Shown piece by piece: positions 60,901-64,000 of a stretch of 64,000 nucleotides of DNA. Source of the stretch: Bilabrum cf. latius. Taxonomy: Eukaryota. The notes below the pieces were generated by a model. The model made no database searches and was not told where the DNA came from. It saw only the letters and a list, made by a program, of their open reading frames with translations. Positions within the stretch are counted from its first letter, which is position 1, and each line of letters starts with the position of its first letter. Position numbers and translations under genes: made by a program. The DNA is taken from assembly GCA_965178125.1 (NCBI GenBank), contig OZ237751.1, positions 992,001 to 1,056,000 on the forward strand, given 5' to 3'.

Positions 60901-63505
60901 CCACATGGGCCAGGCCGACGTGGATGTGCCGCTCATGCAGGCCATCAAACCGTTCCTGTACGCTCTCGCGCTCAAGGACCGGGGTCAGCACGAGGTCAAC
61001 CGTTGGATCGGCACGGAGCCCACGGCACTAGACCCCGAAGGATTCACGTTCATGAAGCTAGGGGGCGGCGGGCACGGGGGCGGGGGAGGGGCCTCCAGCT
61101 CTGGGGGGTCCGACGAAGAGGAAATCGCGGGCGAGAGCAGCGGGCCGGTCCCGTCCGCATCCCCTGTGGGAGCCGGGCCCGTGGTGCCCGTGTCTTCATC
61201 GGGCCTGCTCGAGACTAGCGGCAAGCCCGGCATGCTCGACGGGGAGGACGAGGACATGATGCCGTGCCAGGACCCGTCCCAGGGGCCCCAGGTGCGGCCG
61301 TACAACCCGTTCACGGACACAGGCGCGCTGGCGGTGAGCGCGCTGATCGCCATATCGCGGCCCTTCAAGGACAGCGGGTCTAGGTTCAGCCACATCATGG
61401 GCTTCATGCGGCAGCTGGCGGGCTAGCGGCACGTGGGGTTCAGCAACAGCGTGTTCCTTGCCCTCAAGGAGAAGCGGCTCATGGTGCGCGCCCTGTCGCA
61501 CTACATGCAGGGCATGGACCTGTACCCTCCCGGGTGCGAGCCCAACGACATCGCCTCTCTCCTGTGCCAGATGTTCTCCGTGGAGGTAAACATGGAGACG
61601 CTCGCCGTGATGGCCGCCACCCTCGCGCGAGTCGGGGTGTGCCCCGTGACCAGAGAAAAGGTGCTGCCCACTCACGTCGTGCGGCGCATGTTCTCCATCA
61701 TGTACACGAGCGGGCTAAACGAGCACAGCGGCAACTGGAGCTTCAACGTGGGCATACCTGCCAGCAGCGGCGCCAGCGGCGTGATGCTGGTGATCATCCC
61801 GAACCGCATGGGCATCGCCATCCACTCCCCCCGGCTGGCCAGGGGCGGCATCCCGTCCATCGCCACCCCTTTCTGCCAGGCCCTCAACCAGAGGTACCGC
61901 GGGAACATCTTCGACTCGCTCGTGCACCAGGACCAGGCCCCCTCCAAGGCGGCAGAGGAGGGCACGCACCGGGTGGAGGCCCCCATGAGCACCAAGCAGG
62001 GGCTGCTGTTCTTCGAGCTGTGCGTGGCGGCGCACATGAACGACGACAAGAGGGTGAGGGAGCTCCTGGAGGACGGTGCAGATGTCACGCTGTCGGACTA
62101 CGACAGCCGCACGGCCCTTCACATCGCGGCCAGCGACGGGCACCTGAGGGTGCTCAACACTCTGATCGAGGCGGGCGGGGACGTGCTGGCCAAGGACCGC
62201 TGGGGGAGGACCCCGCTGGAGGACGCGGGGCTCACGGGTCACGCGCACTGCCTGTCTGCCATGCAGGAAGCACTCAGGAGGCAGGGGTACAGGGAGGTGC
62301 CCGGGGCTGGAGGCGGGCACGGGCACGGGCACGGGCACGGGCAGGCGGGGCCTGGGCCGGCGTCCACTGCCAGCGAGCATGGGAGCACGGACGGGCGGAG
62401 TGGTGGGCGGGGGCCGCCCACTCTGTTGTCTGAGGCATTCGGGGGCAGTCGCAACGGCTCCGAGTCGGACATCGCTCGGCTGGGGCTCGCCCTTGGGGGC
62501 GACGGCGGGGACACGACCCCCAAGCCCTCGGCTGTGGGGGGGCCGGGTGCGAACGATGCGGCTGGCTGGGGCTCGGGGGTCTCGGCGGATAGCGGACATC
62601 CGTCCAGCAGCCACCTTCACGGGCTTGGGCTGGACGTGCCCAGGCGTCCTTCGGGCGCGATGCTGGCAAGCCTCATGGGAGTGTCTGCCGGGCACAGGCG
62701 TGGGCCATCGGGGGCGGGGGCACACAGGGGGCCAATGGCCCGGTCAGCGCTGCACTCGAGCTCCAGCCCGCTGCTGGCGGCGCAAGGGGTCAACCAGGGT
62801 GCATCGCACGCAGGTGCGTCCCACATCATGGGTCGCCAGGGCAGCACCGGTTCGGACTTCCAGCTGCCGCCCACCGCGCGTGACGCTGACGCTGGCACCC
62901 ACGACACTGACGTGTCCTCCACGGGCCGGTCTCATCAGGACGAGGGCGTGGGGGAGCGGGGCAGCCTGGTGCTGTCTCCGTCCTCCAGAGGCCGGTCCAG
63001 TGCGGAGGGGGACGGGCCATTGAGTGCAGCTGCCATGGGCACTGTGGGGGCCATGGAAGGGGCCGGGGCCAGGTCACTGACCGGGGACACCGTGGCGTTC
63101 GTGTCTCCTGGGGGCGACGTGGTGCACGTGCCTGAGGTGATGCTGGGTGTGGGGGCGCACCAGCATCGGCACGGGCACCTGCAGCACACCCAGCATCAGC
63201 ATCAGGTGCAAGGGCAAGGGCAAGGGACCTCTCGGCGCGCTGGGGGCGGGGCATCGGCGGCTCCCCACAGAGGGGGGGGGGAAGGGCGCACCCCGCCCAT
63301 GGCACCGGCAGGGCGGAAACCATCCCCGCTGCATCCTCAGGACAGCCGCAACGGGGGACAAGGTGGGGCTAGCAACGGAAATGGCAGTGCAGGGGCCGGC
63401 CAGGGAGCGGGACGCTCTGCTCCCAGACCTGTAAGGGTGGGAGAGGCGCTGGCCAGGGCCCTGCAGCCGTACAGAGACCGAGCAGAGGCAGGTGAAGAGT
63501 CGTGA
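57994..63505 (+). CDS. GLS: Glutaminase with two tandem glutaminase domains plus ankyrin repeats; true start probably further upstream; TAG at 60740, 60800, 61424
   Basis: Domain 1: AQYIPVLA, SVCTVDGQ, SIQSCVKP, PYNPMVNSGAI, GMYDASGEW, PAKSGVAG, SPPLD..GNS.RG. Domain 2 is a degenerate copy. Ankyrin DYDSRTALHIAASDGH, DRWGRTPL. Confidence 0.9.
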
Positions 63506-63649
63506 AATGTATTTTAATGCGCAAAACGGTTGTTCTGGCTCTTGTGGGCCTTTGTTTCGGATCCATGATGGGGTCAGAACACTTGCGGAACCTCTATGCG
63601 GATGCGCGGCGCCAATCCATCTCCACGTCTTTCGGATCATATTATCGCA

Positions 63650-64000
63650 ATGAGAGCTGTCGGACGGACTGCAAGGACACTGCAGGTTGCTGTAGCCCGC
63701 TCTGCTGGTCGATTGTCGGTGGCTCCGCTGGGCGTGTAGAGGGCTGGGTACCACGAGAACATCGTGGACCACTACGAAAACCCCAGGAATGTCGGTGAGG
63801 CACGTGCCGCCGTTTCTTCACGCATAGAACCTATCTGGGACACACCCTGCATTGCAAGTATTACTCATAGCTATGTTTCGCAGGTTCACTTGATAAGAAG
63901 GCGAAGACAGTTGGAACTGGCCTCGTAGGGGCACCATCGTGCGGCGATGTCTTGAAGCTGCAAGTGAGGCCGCCAGTTGGCGCTTCATGCCACAATTTTG
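63650..64000 (+). CDS. ISCU: Mitochondrial Fe-S cluster scaffold IscU, 5' part; intron 63795-63883, next intron from 63964; TAG at 63737
   Basis: Transit peptide MRAVGRTARTLQ...LGV[Q]RAG, then YHENIVDHYENPRNVG|SLDK..VGTGLVGAPSCGDVLKLQ. Confidence 0.93.

Noticed and set aside
1-64000. Mass pseudogenisation as the cause of internal stops
   Set aside because: Interruptions in recognisable genes are only TAG, with no frameshifts. Essential genes are affected and catalytic motifs are intact.
1-64000. TAG as pyrrolysine, Leu, Tyr or Glu
   Set aside because: Informative columns (IQ motifs, LRRC6, carrier and FG-GAP repeats) point to Gln. There are no pyl genes and the host is eukaryotic.
1-64000. 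TAGs hidden in tiny introns or produced by motif-specific base-calling errors
   Set aside because: Alignments across TAG are gap-free, no GT donors are needed, and sequence contexts vary. Only raw reads and RNA-seq can exclude this fully.
1-64000. tRNA-Gln(CUA), eRF1 or rRNA genes
   Set aside because: None recognisable by eye in this window.
42885-64000. Functional cluster of mitochondrial/metabolic genes (lipoyl protein, carrier, HMBS, GLS, ISCU)
   Set aside because: They are interspersed with unrelated genes in mixed orientation, consistent with chance in a compact genome.

Overview
Gene-dense, GC-rich eukaryotic nuclear DNA with short GT-AG introns (about 85-250 nt) and about 26 protein-coding genes. 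The host is probably a flagellated, phagotrophic protist (DNAAF11, SPATA17-like, GH25 lysozyme); its lineage cannot be fixed from this window. The main result is a non-standard nuclear genetic code. TAG is a sense codon, almost certainly glutamine, while TGA (most genes) and TAA (two genes) remain stops. I counted more than 60 in-frame TAG codons across about 20 otherwise intact genes, including ISCU, HMBS, XPF and NAD kinase. Several sit at conserved Gln positions: two IQ motifs, DNAAF11 ILYL-Q-NN, the mitochondrial carrier repeats, the FG-GAP repeats and kinase ARFFAA-Q-I. The supplied ORF track therefore fragments most genes; gene models here read TAG as Gln, written [Q]. Secondary oddities are a tandem glutaminase with a degenerate second domain, a GRK-like kinase with a Cys-rich ~100-aa activation segment, a stand-alone mitochondrial lipoyl-domain protein, a secreted protein with five copies of an unnamed domain, and an AT-rich island with tetraloop hairpins. 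All homology calls come from recalled motifs, not database searches.
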